Of a stretch of DNA of 43,009 nt, positions 1 to 10,367 are shown one piece after another. The DNA is taken from positions 1 through 43,009 of the IMG/VR virus record IMGVR_UViG_3300049828_000108; one strand, given 5' to 3'. The DNA is from a virus. Taxonomy: Duplodnaviria; Caudoviricetes. The position numbers and the translations under genes are program-made. Position 1 is the stretch's first letter. Each line of letters starts with the position of its first letter. A model generated the notes under the pieces. The model made no database searches and had not been told where the DNA came from. It saw only the letters and a list, made by a program, of their open reading frames with translations.

Positions 1-414
1 TATGATACGATTGCAAAACAAAACGAACGATTTGATATAGATCAAAAGGTTAGTGTCGCTACGCCAGTTCTGAAACAGTTTATTTCAAATCCAGATTATG
101 CAGCGGTTTCAAAAGACGACCTTGATGTTTTAAAAAATATTGAAGATAAGCATGACCAATATAACTTTGCAAACCAAGCGATGGCATCTGTTGGTGTTGG
201 CGTTACCTCAATTATGGGTGGCATTACTAAATTGCCAGCACTGGGAGCGAACATTGCGATTAAAAACGTTAACGACTGGCGTGAATTATTTGGCCAGCAA
301 AGATTAGATTATGAAACATACCAAAACGAATATTCAAATTTTTGGGATGAGGCCATGCGTAATTATGCAAGCAAGGCGCCGACCGCATCTGAGTCTTTTT
401 TAAAAGAAGCATTT
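1..414 (+). repeat. Terminal overlap, copy 1 (matches 42596-43009)
   Basis: 289-414 is identical to 42884-43009 (126 bp). 1-288 is a diverged version of 42596-42883. Confidence 0.95.
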
Positions 415-3400
415 ACTAATGGAAACCACGCAAAGGCTGGTGAAATTTTTGCATTACAATTTATTCAGAACGCTCCAAACACAATTGGACTTTTGGCGGC
501 GGCAATGTCTGGCGTTGGTATTCCTGCACTGATTGGCATTGGTGGTATTACTGCAGCAAACAAGGCGGCTGAACTTGAGGCTAGCGGTACAGAGCTTGGT
601 AAGGCCACGCAGGTCGGCGTTATTAATGGCGGCATTGAGGCGGCGTTTGAATCGCTTGGAACGCTTGCACCATTAAAGCAGTGGGAAAACGCCATAGTTA
701 AAGAGTTTGGAAAACAGTCAGGCAAGGAGTTTTTGTTTAATTTTGGCAAGACGTTGGCTCATACAATGGGAACAAATTTCTCTGAGGAGGCGGCAACGTC
801 GATCGCACAGGACTTCACAGATTATGCGTCTGGTGTTAATCCAGAAGCAATGAAAGGATCTATCACAAGATCAGCTGAGGCTGGCGCGCTTGGTGCGGCC
901 ACTGGTGGATTTATTGTTGCTCCAGGCGGCGCTGCGGCTGGAATTAAAAAATATTATCAAATTGAACAACAAAAGATTAATCAGAAAATTTACGAATCAA
1001 TTGGCCAGGGAACTATCGACTCAAAATTAGCTGAGCGATTACCAAAAGCTCATGCTGATTATTTAAAGCAAGTCGTTAAGGATGGTCCGGTTCAAAATAT
1101 TTACATGAACGCAGAGGGTTTTTCTCAGTATTTTCAAAGTAAAAATATCAATCCAAACGATATGGCTAATGAGCTTGGTATTGCTGACTCATTTAATACG
1201 GCGATTGAAACTGGTGCTGATATTCAAATTCCTACTGAGGTCATGGCTGAAAAACTTGCTAAGACCGAACACTATGAGGGTTTAAAAGATCATGTTAAAT
1301 TTGGACCAGACCAGCTATCTGCGTATGACGTTAAGATCCAGGAGGCCGAATCAAAGCGCCAGCTTGAAATTGAAAACGAAAATGCTCGTTCTGGAAAAAC
1401 AGAAGAGGAAATTTCTACTGCTGAGGAGTCTGCAAAAGAAGTTGGAAAACAGGTCGAGATGCAGCTTAAAAGCGCAGGCTACTCGCCAAAACAGGCCAAG
1501 GCTCAGGCAAAATTGTATGAACAATTTTTCGTGACTCAGGGTTTAAAATCAAACCAGAATCCACTGGAAATGTTTAATCGATATGGACTAAATATTCAAA
1601 ATGTTACAGATTCTCAGGCTAGCGAAAAAATAGACACAACTGAATATTTTCAGTCATCACCTCAGTCTAAAAAATTAGGAATTAAATTCTCGGCCACCAA
1701 AATAAATAATAAAATATTGGTTAATCCACTTGATACAGTTTCTGTTTCTGCAGAGCTGGTTGACTCTCAGGCCGGAAAAACAGCCATCGTTGATTCATTA
1801 AAAACAGATTTAAAATATCCTGGCGTATCGATGGACGCAATTAAATCGTTAGAATATGTAGCCGCTCGAAATGGCGCGACATCAATGAGCGTTAGCGCGA
1901 AAAGACTTAATTTAAAATTAAACGATAAGGTTATTCAGAATTATGCAGACGCTGGTTTTACAATGTCTGTTAATGATGGCGAGGCTTTTTTTGTTAAAAA
2001 GCTAGATCCAGTTATGACTTATAATCAGGCTACCATTAGTCCAATTGGATTTTATTCTCAGGTCGAGGCCGAGATTAATAAAATGGAATTTACTCAAATG
2101 CCTGCAAAGGATTTGATTAATCGGATTAAAAATATTCAGGGATTAAAAAAAGAGGAGCTTGAATATCTCGGTTTAGATGAGTTCCTAGCAGCGAAAGAGG
2201 GCAAGGTAACCAAAGATGAGGTTCTTGCATTCGTAAGAGAAAACGGCGTTCAGGTTGAGCAGGTTGTTCTCGGTGGAATGAGTGGCGAGTCAGAATCTGG
2301 TTTTGATTTCAGCGAGGCTGTTTTTGAAAAACTAAGCTCTGCTGATCGCGATAGTTATAATTATGCAGTAGAAAACGAAATGGATAATTATAGGCCTCAA
2401 AACAATGACAGTTACGAAGAGGATTTGCAGGAACAAAAAGATAAATTATTAAGAGATGATGAGGCTCGATATAAGGATGACGAGGATCTTCTCGAAGAGG
2501 ATGCCAAAAACGCGCTTAATGAAATATATGAAAAGCGTGCAGAGGAGTATGTTGACTCAGAGGAGTATTACGACGCAGTTTTCACCATAACAGAAAAAAA
2601 TTCTGGTCACACATTAGTTGGTAACGGTGAGCGCGGTTGGTATTCTGATGAATTAAACAAACATTTCGATGGCAACGAGGAGGAGGCAAAAATTCAATTT
2701 GCACAAGCACTCATTGATGCCGAACTTGTCGAGGGTGCATCAGTAAATCAGCTTGTTAGAGCTAGTGAAATTAAGTTCAGAGATCAGACTGGCGAAACGC
2801 CTTCAAATAAAACCATAGAAAAGAAAGCTCGAGATTTAGAAAAGAAAGATTACGACAGGCTTAGACAAAAAGAAATTGACGCTTTCCCTGGAGCTTATAG
2901 TGATTTGAGTGAAAAAGAAATTGACGAAAAATTAAAAGACAATGGTTCGGTATACGACCAGGCGCGAGACGAAATTATTAGTTCATACGCCGATGTGACA
3001 AAAGCGAAAAATAAAATCACAGTTCGTTTGAGAAATAAATATCCAGGTGGTCAGCTTGTTGGAAACAACGTCAAGGGTTGGGAATACCAGGGCAATAATA
3101 AAATAAAAATTGAATCAAAGGATTTAGACGCAGCAAAAAAAGAACTGATTGAAAAGCTTGTTAAGAAAAATATTATTTCTGCTGATAAGGCAAAATCAGA
3201 AACTGACGACGTAAACAAACCAACTGGCAAATCTAAGTGGAAAAAATATACAGCACTTGATTCTGATAATTATCGAGAAATTTTACTGACTCTACCGAAA
3301 AACAAAGGTGGCGATTTTACGTACTCCACGCATTTTGATCAGGATAATTTCGTAGCACACGCACGCTTGTCTGATGCAGAAATCGATGGAAAGAAAACAT

Positions 3401-6400
3401 TATTCATTGAAGAGATCCAGTCAGACTGGCATCAACAGGGGCGTGAGCAGGGTTATAAGGATTCAGATGTAAAAAAACAAATCGACGAGCTTGATAAAAA
3501 AATAGAATTGCTTGGCGAGGAAATTGATAATTTAAGAAAAAACTTTAAAGAGGAAATGGCTGGCTCTGATGAAAAATCTCTAGGAATTGGAGATGTCGTT
3601 AATATCTTTGAAGAAAAAAAACAAGATGAATTTGGAACTCTTTCCGAGAGATCTTATCAAATAGCCAAGGAATATCAGAATAAATATACAGAGAGAAACA
3701 AGTTAAGAGAAGAGGTTCAACTGGCGTTAAAAGCAATTTCAGACGCGCCATTTAAACAAACCGATGCGTGGGCTGCTTTAGTAATGAAACGAATGATTCG
3801 TCTGGCTGCAGAGCAAGGTTACGATAAAGTCGCATGGACTCCAGCAAAAGTTCACCAGGATCGCTGGGGTACTGATAATGTTTCTTGGGTTAAAAAAACA
3901 GCTCCAGAAGTTGTTTTTGATATTGTTGATTCTGAGGGTAAAACTCTTGGCACTTATGACTCATACAATGAAGCCGATAACATAATTTCCATTCGCAGTT
4001 ATTCAAGACAATTTACAAAAGTAGTTAAGCGAGTGGATGGCAAACAGTATTGGCTTGTTGGCTCAGCCGAACAGCGCGGTGGAAATGCAGACGGCGTTAA
4101 CATTGAGGAACTAGCTCGTCGTCGCGGCGAATTATTAGAGCGTCGTGGAGAGCGTGTTGAAACAAAGGATGACTTGAGAAAAGTTATCGCTGAAACGCTA
4201 GGTCGAGAAAAAACCGACAGATCACTAGAAAGTTTAACAGATCGCGTTTGGAAACAAATGGAGTCAGGCGATCAGCAATCAGGCGCAATCGAACCTCGTG
4301 CTGAGGGTATGGCTTTTTTCTATGATAAGATGATTCCAGATGTAACTAAAAAGATTCTTAAAAAACTAGATCCTACAGCAAAAATAGAAGTCTCAGAAGT
4401 TCCTGGTCTTGATGAATTTGGCGGCAAGGCTTTATCATTCGACATCACTCAGAAAATCAAAGACACCGCACTCAACGAAGGTTTTCAGTTATTCCAGCAA
4501 AACCGTGGTTCAATAACGTTTGGAAACAACAGACAATTCAATATCAATTTATTTAAAGGTAAAGACGAGTCCACGTTCTTGCATGAGTCTGCGCATTTTT
4601 TCCTTGAGGTTATGAAGGATGTTGCAGCGGCACCTGAGGCGAGCGAGCAAGTTAAAGCTGATTATCAAACCACAATGAACTGGCTGGGCGTAAAACCTGG
4701 CGAGGCGCTGACAGTTGATCAGCATGAACAGTTTGCTCGTGGTTTTGAGGCTTATCTATTTGAGGGTAAGGCACCTAGTGATGCGCTCAGAAAAGCGTTC
4801 CATGCTTTCAGACAGTGGTTAATTACGGTTTACCAGTCGGCAACGAAATTAAATGTTAACGTTTCGCCAGAGATGAAAGCTGTATTTGATCGAATGCTTG
4901 CAGCTGATGAGCAGATTGACCAAGCTCTTGAATCGATTGGTGCTAAAAACTTATTTGATGATCCAACTAAAATTGGAATGAACGACACCGAGGCGCTTGA
5001 ATATTTAAATGCAACGGCGTTTGCGCGCATGGATGCTAGGGATCAACTGCAGGCCGAGTTAATGAAGGATTTAATTCGACGAAAAGATTCGGCTTACAGA
5101 AATCGTTACGATCAGATTTATAAAGAGCAGATGGATGCGGCAAAAGAAATGCCTGAGTTCAAAGCGATCGAGGCGATCCAGGGTGAGTTTAAATTACAGA
5201 AAGATGTGATCGATAAACAGTACGCTGTGTTCAAGGGATATTTGCCGAATCGCTCGACAACTGCCGTTGGCTTTGCTCCTGATTTTGTTGCATCGATGTT
5301 TGGGTTTGAAAATGGCCAGGCAATGCTGCAGGCGATTGCTCCATTGCGCCGTGGAATTGTTGATCACGTAGAAAGCCAGACTGTAACGCGCATAAAGGCT
5401 GAATTTCCAGAGTTATTGGAAAGTCCTGAGCTAACTGAGGAGGCGATCAAGCAAGCACACACAGACAAGTACAAGCGTTTAAAACGAATTGAGATGGAGT
5501 ACCTGTTAAAGAACGATCAAAAAACGGTTAAAAAAGTAGCGTTTTATTTAATAAAGCGTATGCCAACCGACGAACTTGTTAAAAAGCAGTCAAAAGAAAT
5601 TATATCTAAGATTAAGGTCGCAGATCTAAAGCCGCATCTTTACAGGTCGGCTGAGAAAAAGTTTGCGCTTGAGGCGGCAAAACAATTTAAAAAGGGTGAA
5701 TTTGGTCTAGCGTTTGAGGCCAAGCGTAAAGAGTATTTAAATTTTGAACTTTACAAAACTGCAATCGAGGCTCAAGACGACGTTAAGAAATCAATTAAAA
5801 ATTTTAAAAAGTTATTTAGATCAGATGAAAAAGTGGCGCAGGCTCGCGATGTTGATTTGGTTAACGCAGCTCGCGCGATATTGGCTGATTATGGAATTAC
5901 AAAATCTGAAAAAACCGCTGATGAATATTTGGCGTCAATGAAAGAGTACGATCCAGAATCATATACAGTTGTTAACGGATTGGTTCAGGCAGCCACTGAA
6001 AACAAAGGTCCATACCAGCAAATCCCATACGAGGATTTTGTTGATATGTCTGAGGCGGTCATGGCGATTTACGACCTGGCGAAATCACGAAAAGAAATTG
6101 AGATCGATGGCGAACGCAGAGACGTTGACCAGGTTATGGGTGAGTTAAATGCTCAGATTGAATCGATCACTCCAAAGGATCAGAAACAGTACGAGAAAAC
6201 AATTGATAAATGGGGCATGACAAAAGAGCGATTGCTCGGAGCAAAGGCCAGCTTGGTTCGTGCAGAACACTGGGCTAAGGCGATGGACGTTAAGGATAAT
6301 GGTGTATTTTTCAGATATATTTTCAGGCCGATCAGTGACGCTGTAACTAAATATCGATTAAAGAAAAATGAAATTATAAAAAATTACGAATCAATTTTGC

Positions 6401-8283
6401 GCAAGTACGAAAAGAATTTAACTCCTCAGGCGATCATCGCAAATGAATTGGTTTCAAATGGCAAGCCTTTTATGTTCAAGAATAAAGCTGAATTGATGAT
6501 GGCTATCTTGCACTCAGGCAATGAATCTAATTTGCGCAAACTATTAATAGGTCGCGAGTGGGGTACGGTAAATCCAGATGGATCTGTGAACCGTTCAGCG
6601 TGGGATGCGTTTACAAAACGTATGCAAGACACTGGCGTATTAACAAAAGCAGATTACGAACTGGCTCAGGAAATTTGGAACTTGCTGGAGTCAATTAAGC
6701 CAGATGCGCAGCGAGCACATAAGCAGATGTTCGGATATTATTTTAACGAGATCACTGCAGATAAAATTGTAACTCCATTTGGTGAGTACGCTGGCGGTTA
6801 CATTCCAGCAAAAACAGATATGTATTCTGTCGAGGATTCGGCGATCAGAAAAGAAAAAGAAGAGTTTGAAAATAATAACAACTCATTTCAATTTCCAACA
6901 ACTGGTCGAGGGTTTACAAAATCACGTGTTGAAAACTACACTGCGCCACTGTCGCTAGATATGAATATGCTTGGATCACACATCGATGGCGTTATGAGAT
7001 TTTCTTACATCGAACCGCGAGTGAAAGAGGTTTCAAAAATAGTTTTAAATAAATCATTCAGATCTGTCCTTGGAAAGCTTGATACTAATATCGCAAAAGA
7101 TATGTTAGTTCCTTGGCTGCAAAGATCTGCTCAGCAAAAAATGGTTTTACCTGCAAGCGATGGACTAGGTCGAATGACTGACTCTGTGGCTCGCGTGTTG
7201 AGAAAAAACGTTGCTATGCAAATCATGTTTGGCGGCGTAACAAATACGTTACAACAGTTCACAGGCTTGGTCGTTGCGATGAGTAAGGTTAAACCAAAAC
7301 ATATTCGTAATGGATTATGGAGTTACATCACAGATAACAAAGCCACGATTGACAGCATCATGACTAAATCAGAATGGATGCAGTCAACTCAAGGTTCAAG
7401 TATTTATGATTCTCACAATGCAATTAACGAGATTATTTTAAATCCGACAACGTTTGAAAAAATGCAGACGTTTTATAAAAACCATACTTATTTCTTGCAA
7501 TCAGCTGCGCAGAACATTGTTAACAATGTCGTGTGGGCTGGAGCTTACGAGCAATCGATCGAACAGGGAATGACAGAACGTGATGCGATTAAGGCCGCTG
7601 ACTCTGCAGTTAGAACAACTCAAGGAACAAATAACGCTGAGGATGTCTCTAGGTTTGAACAGGGAACCGCCACTGAATTGTTATTCAAACAGTTCGTTGG
7701 ATATTTCAATATGCTGGCAAATTTAAATGCAAGTGAGTTAATAAAAATTCAGCGTGAGATGGGATTAAAAAAAGGCGCAGGTAAAGCGTTCTATTTATAC
7801 CTTACTGCGTTTATGATACCAGCTGTTTTATCTGACGTTATTGTTAAAACGATGGCTGGAAAATTTGACGAGGATGACGACGATAGTTATCTGGATGATT
7901 TCTTGATGTCGTTTTTTGGGTCTCAGTTCAAAACAATTACCGCGACAGTTCCATACGGCGGACAGTTGGCCGTGGCTGCTTATAATAAGTACGTTACAAA
8001 ATCACCAGCCGATGATCGTTTAAGTTTATCGCCAGTTGTCAGCGTTATCGAGTCAACGATTACAGCGCCGATCGATTTGTATAAGCAGGCGTCAGATGGT
8101 AACGACATCAGAAAGAAGACCGTTAAGGATGTTTTACAACTGATGGGTGTGTTTACCGGATTACCGACTGGGCCGATTGGAAAGCCTGTGGGTTACTTGA
8201 TGGATGTTAAAGATAATAAAGCTCAGCCGACTGGACCAATTGATTTTACACGCGGCTTAGTGACTGGACGAACTGGCAATTAA
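1..8283 (+). CDS. Giant internal virion / large polyvalent protein (5' part lies at the other end of the window)
   Basis: Frame is open from base 1 through the 2700-aa ORF. It follows two internal-virion genes once the genome is circularised. Motifs: HESAH plus downstream HEQFARGFEAY (zincin-like), IEEIQSDWHQ, and a GNAT-like segment. Confidence 0.8.
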   Translation, partial: YDTIAKQNERFDIDQKVSVATPVLKQFISNPDYAAVSKDDLDVLKNIEDKHDQYNFANQAMASVGVGVTSIMGGITKLPALGANIAIKNVNDWRELFGQQRLDYETYQNEYSNFWDEAMRNYASKAPTASESFLKEAFTNGNHAKAGEIFALQFIQNAPNTIGLLAAAMSGVGIPALIGIGGITAANKAAELEASGTELGKATQVGVINGGIEAAFESLGTLAPLKQWENAIVKEFGKQSGKEFLFNFGKTLAHTMGTNFSEEAATSIAQDFTDYASGVNPEAMKGSITRSAEAGALGAATGGFIVAPGGAAAGIKKYYQIEQQKINQKIYESIGQGTIDSKLAERLPKAHADYLKQVVKDGPVQNIYMNAEGFSQYFQSKNINPNDMANELGIADSFNTAIETGADIQIPTEVMAEKLAKTEHYEGLKDHVKFGPDQLSAYDVKIQEAESKRQLEIENENARSGKTEEEISTAEESAKEVGKQVEMQLKSAGYSPKQAKAQAKLYEQFFVTQGLKSNQNPLEMFNRYGLNIQNVTDSQASEKIDTTEYFQSSPQSKKLGIKFSATKINNKILVNPLDTVSVSAELVDSQAGKTAIVDSLKTDLKYPGVSMDAIKSLEYVAARNGATSMSVSAKRLNLKLNDKVIQNYADAGFTMSVNDGEAFFVKKLDPVMTYNQATISPIGFYSQVEAEINKMEFTQMPAKDLINRIKNIQGLKKEELEYLGLDEFLAAKEGKVTKDEVLAFVRENGVQVEQVVLGGMSGESESGFDFSEAVFEKLSSADRDSYNYAVENEMDNYRPQNNDSYEEDLQEQKDKLLRDDEARYKDDEDLLEEDAKNALNEIYEKRAEEYVDSEEYYDAVFTITEKNSGHTLVGNGERGWYSDELNKHFDGNEEEAKIQFAQALIDAELVEGASVNQLVRASEIKFRDQTGETPSNKTIEKKARDLEKKDYDRLRQKEIDAFPGAYSDLSEKEIDEKLKDNGSVYDQARDEIISSYADVTKAKNKITVRLRNKYPGGQLVGNNVKGWEYQGNNKIKIESKDLDAAKKELIEKLVKKNIISADKAKSETDDVNKPTGKSKWKKYTALDSDNYREILLTLPKNKGGDFTYSTHFDQDNFVAHARLSDAEIDGKKTLFIEEIQSDWHQQGREQGYKDSDVKKQIDELDKKIELLGEEIDNLRKNFKEEMAGSDEKSLGIGDVVNIFEEKKQDEFGTLSERSYQIAKEYQNKYTERNKLREEVQLALKAISDAPFKQTDAWAALVMKRMIRLAAEQGYDKVAWTPAKVHQDRWGTDNVSWVKKTAPEVVFDIVDSEGKTLGTYDSYNEADNIISIRSYSRQFTKVVKRVDGKQYWLVGSAEQRGGNADGVNIEELARRRGELLERRGERVETKDDLRKVIAETLGREKTDRSLESLTDRVWKQMESGDQQSGAIEPRAEGMAFFYDKMIPDVTKKILKKLDPTAKIEVSEVPGLDEFGGKALSFDITQKIKDTALNEGFQLFQQNRGSITFGNNRQFNINLFKGKDESTFLHESAHFFLEVMKDVAAAPEASEQVKADYQTTMNWLGVKPGEALTVDQHEQFARGFEAYLFEGKAPSDALRKAFHAFRQWLITVYQSATKLNVNVSPEMKAVFDRMLAADEQIDQALESIGAKNLFDDPTKIGMNDTEALEYLNATAFARMDARDQLQAELMKDLIRRKDSAYRNRYDQIYKEQMDAAKEMPEFKAIEAIQGEFKLQKDVIDKQYAVFKGYLPNRSTTAVGFAPDFVASMFGFENGQAMLQAIAPLRRGIVDHVESQTVTRIKAEFPELLESPELTEEAIKQAHTDKYKRLKRIEMEYLLKNDQKTVKKVAFYLIKRMPTDELVKKQSKEIISKIKVADLKPHLYRSAEKKFALEAAKQFKKGEFGLAFEAKRKEYLNFELYKTAIEAQDDVKKSIKNFKKLFRSDEKVAQARDVDLVNAARAILADYGITKSEKTADEYLASMKEYDPESYTVVNGLVQAATENKGPYQQIPYEDFVDMSEAVMAIYDLAKSRKEIEIDGERRDVDQVMGELNAQIESITPKDQKQYEKTIDKWGMTKERLLGAKASLVRAEHWAKAMDVKDNGVFFRYIFRPISDAVTKYRLKKNEIIKNYESILRKYEKNLTPQAIIANELVSNGKPFMFKNKAELMMAILHSGNESNLRKLLIGREWGTVNPDGSVNRSAWDAFTKRMQDTGVLTKADYELAQEIWNLLESIKPDAQRAHKQMFGYYFNEITADKIVTPFGEYAGGYIPAKTDMYSVEDSAIRKEKEEFENNNNSFQFPTTGRGFTKSRVENYTAPLSLDMNMLGSHIDGVMRFSYIEPRVKEVSKIVLNKSFRSVLGKLDTNIAKDMLVPWLQRSAQQKMVLPASDGLGRMTDSVARVLRKNVAMQIMFGGVTNTLQQFTGLVVAMSKVKPKHIRNGLWSYITDNKATIDSIMTKSEWMQSTQGSSIYDSHNAINEIILNPTTFEKMQTFYKNHTYFLQSAAQNIVNNVVWAGAYEQSIEQGMTERDAIKAADSAVRTTQGTNNAEDVSRFEQGTATELLFKQFVGYFNMLANLNASELIKIQREMGLKKGAGKAFYLYLTAFMIPAVLSDVIVKTMAGKFDEDDDDSYLDDFLMSFFGSQFKTITATVPYGGQLAVAAYNKYVTKSPADDRLSLSPVVSVIESTITAPIDLYKQASDGNDIRKKTVKDVLQLMGVFTGLPTGPIGKPVGYLMDVKDNKAQPTGPIDFTRGLVTGRTGN

Positions 8284-8314
8284 ATAGTTTAATTTTAATT
8301 AACAAGGGGATTAA

Positions 8315-10105
8315 ATGAGTATTTCAAACACAAACAGTCGTAATAACTACACTGGAAATGACAGCACTGACACGTATAATTATACGTTTAGAATTTTTGA
8401 CCAAGATGATTTATTGGTAACTGTTCGTGACACAAGTGACGTTGAAACAACGCTCTCAATTACAACAGATTACACCGTTACTGGCGTGGGATCAGTAAGT
8501 GGTGGAACAGTTGTTTTGGTTGCTGGAAATTTGGCGACTGGATATGTGTTATCAATTCGTCGCGTTGTTAGCTTGATTCAGGAAACTGATATTAGAAATC
8601 AAGGTGCTTTTTATCCAGAGATACATGAGGACCAGTTTGATCGTCAGGTGATGATGGCGCAGCAACAGCAAGACGAGGTCGATCGTTCGGTTAAGCTTGC
8701 TGAAACAATTGATCCAGCAGATTTTGATACACAATTACCAGCGTCTATCGTTGGCGCCGTAAATCAGACCGTTATGACAAATGCTACTGGCGATGGGTTT
8801 GAGCCAGGGCCAACTGCTGACGAGGTTTCAAATGCCCAGGGATATGCAACCGCAGCCGGAGTATCTGAGACGGCTGCTGCGGCTAGTGCGGTGGCTGCTG
8901 CGGCTAGTGCGGCGGCTGCTGCAACATCAGCACTCTCTGCGGCTGCCTCTCAGTGGAATGACGTTCAATATTTAACATCTGCAAGTTCGCCGTTCACGGT
9001 TACTGATGCAATGGCCGGAACTCTGTTTGAAGTTGATGCAACATCTGGTGCTGTAACAATTAATTTACCAGCCATTTCTGCATTAACATTAACTGGGCCG
9101 TGGTCAATTGGTATTAAGAAAACAGATTCATCTGCAAACGCAGTAACTGCATCAAGAAATGGAACTGATACTATTGATGGAGCCACAACAAAAGCCACGT
9201 CTCGACAGTATGGCGGATTTGTTTTGGTTCCTGATATTGATCCCTCACCAGACAAATGGACATCAATTTCATTTGGCGAGGTTCCAATTGATGGCGCTAT
9301 CGTTGGAACAACTGACTCACAAACGCTAACAAATAAAACTTTTGGTGATTCTCAAATATTAACTGATATTTCTACCCCATCAACGCCATCGTCTGGACTT
9401 AAAAAAGTTTATGCAAAAACTGATGGAATTTACTCAAAAGATAGTTCTGGGAATGAAGTTCCATTGTTTACTAAGGCGCCAACAATTCAAAGATTTACAA
9501 GTGGAACAGGCGCCACCTATACGACGCCTGCTGGAGTAAAATATTTAATTGTTAATGCAATTGGTCCTGGTGGCGGTGGAGCTGGTGGACACGCAACAAC
9601 ACCAGTGGCTGGATCTGCTGGATCTGCCGATACTGTTTTTGGATCATCACTAATAACTGCAGGGCTTGCAGGCGGAGCGTCTGGCGGCGGAACATCATCT
9701 GGTGGTAATGGTGGAAATGCTACTGTTGCGGGTGCCGCTGTTGCATTAGTTTTAGCACTTGGGGCGCAAGGCCAAGGTGCTGGACAAGGATCTGCTGCGA
9801 CTACTTATTTTAATGGGGGAATGGGTGGCTCTACTACTTTGGGCGGAGCTGGTGGCGGCGGAGCTGCTGCAAATAACGCGTCTAATGCCAGAACTAATTG
9901 TGGATCAGGCGGCGGTGGCGGCGGTGCGCCTGCAAATGGACTAGCTGGCGGTGGCGGCGGGGCTGGTGGATATGTAAGGGCGCTTATCTCTTCACCTTCG
10001 GCAACTTATACCTATACTGTTGGAGCTGGTGGAGCTGGTGGAGCATCTACGACATCAGGAACAGATGGATCTGCTGGAGTTATTTGGGTTGAAGAGTATT
10101 ACTAA
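8315..10105 (+). CDS. Tail fibre protein
   Basis: T7-like fibre N-terminal anchor (YTGNDSTDTYNYTFRIF...QETDIRNQGAFYPEIHEDQFDR), Ala-rich coiled coil and glycine-rich C-terminal domain. Confidence 0.85.
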   Translation: MSISNTNSRNNYTGNDSTDTYNYTFRIFDQDDLLVTVRDTSDVETTLSITTDYTVTGVGSVSGGTVVLVAGNLATGYVLSIRRVVSLIQETDIRNQGAFYPEIHEDQFDRQVMMAQQQQDEVDRSVKLAETIDPADFDTQLPASIVGAVNQTVMTNATGDGFEPGPTADEVSNAQGYATAAGVSETAAAASAVAAAASAAAAATSALSAAASQWNDVQYLTSASSPFTVTDAMAGTLFEVDATSGAVTINLPAISALTLTGPWSIGIKKTDSSANAVTASRNGTDTIDGATTKATSRQYGGFVLVPDIDPSPDKWTSISFGEVPIDGAIVGTTDSQTLTNKTFGDSQILTDISTPSTPSSGLKKVYAKTDGIYSKDSSGNEVPLFTKAPTIQRFTSGTGATYTTPAGVKYLIVNAIGPGGGGAGGHATTPVAGSAGSADTVFGSSLITAGLAGGASGGGTSSGGNGGNATVAGAAVALVLALGAQGQGAGQGSAATTYFNGGMGGSTTLGGAGGGGAAANNASNARTNCGSGGGGGGAPANGLAGGGGGAGGYVRALISSPSATYTYTVGAGGAGGASTTSGTDGSAGVIWVEEYY

Positions 10106-10318
10106 ATGACTAACGAGCAGCTGGGCGCGTTCATTTTTGCAAATGCGGTTACGATCGCGCTGTTTACGAGATGGGTGGTTAATCGTGCTATCGATTACAC
10201 TCATCTGCAGCGCGACGTTAAGGAGCTGCAGGATTTTGAAAAATCTCAGGAGCTTAAAAATGAAAAGGTCCAGCATGACCTCAAGGGTATCAGTATAAAG
10301 ATTGATAAAAAAGTCTAG
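10106..10318 (+). CDS. Small membrane protein, holin/antiholin candidate
   Basis: One N-terminal TM segment plus a charged coiled-coil tail, directly upstream of the lysozyme. Confidence 0.5.
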   Translation: MTNEQLGAFIFANAVTIALFTRWVVNRAIDYTHLQRDVKELQDFEKSQELKNEKVQHDLKGISIKIDKKV

Positions 10319-10367
10319 CAATAGCTGTGCGATTTGCATTTTAAAATTTATCCATCAATATTAAATA

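Noticed and set aside
1-288. Diverged repeat pair read as a DGR template/variable repeat (BPP-1 precedent)
   Set aside because: Differences affect all four bases, mostly at synonymous positions, and no reverse transcriptase is present.
289-414. 126-bp exact repeat read as a T7-like physical terminal repeat
   Set aside because: It lies mid-gene, is not at the very start of the window, and its length fits an assembler k-mer overlap.
8860-8950. GCGGCT-rich tandem repeats in the tail fibre
   Set aside because: Explained by poly-Ala coiled-coil coding, which is common in fibres.
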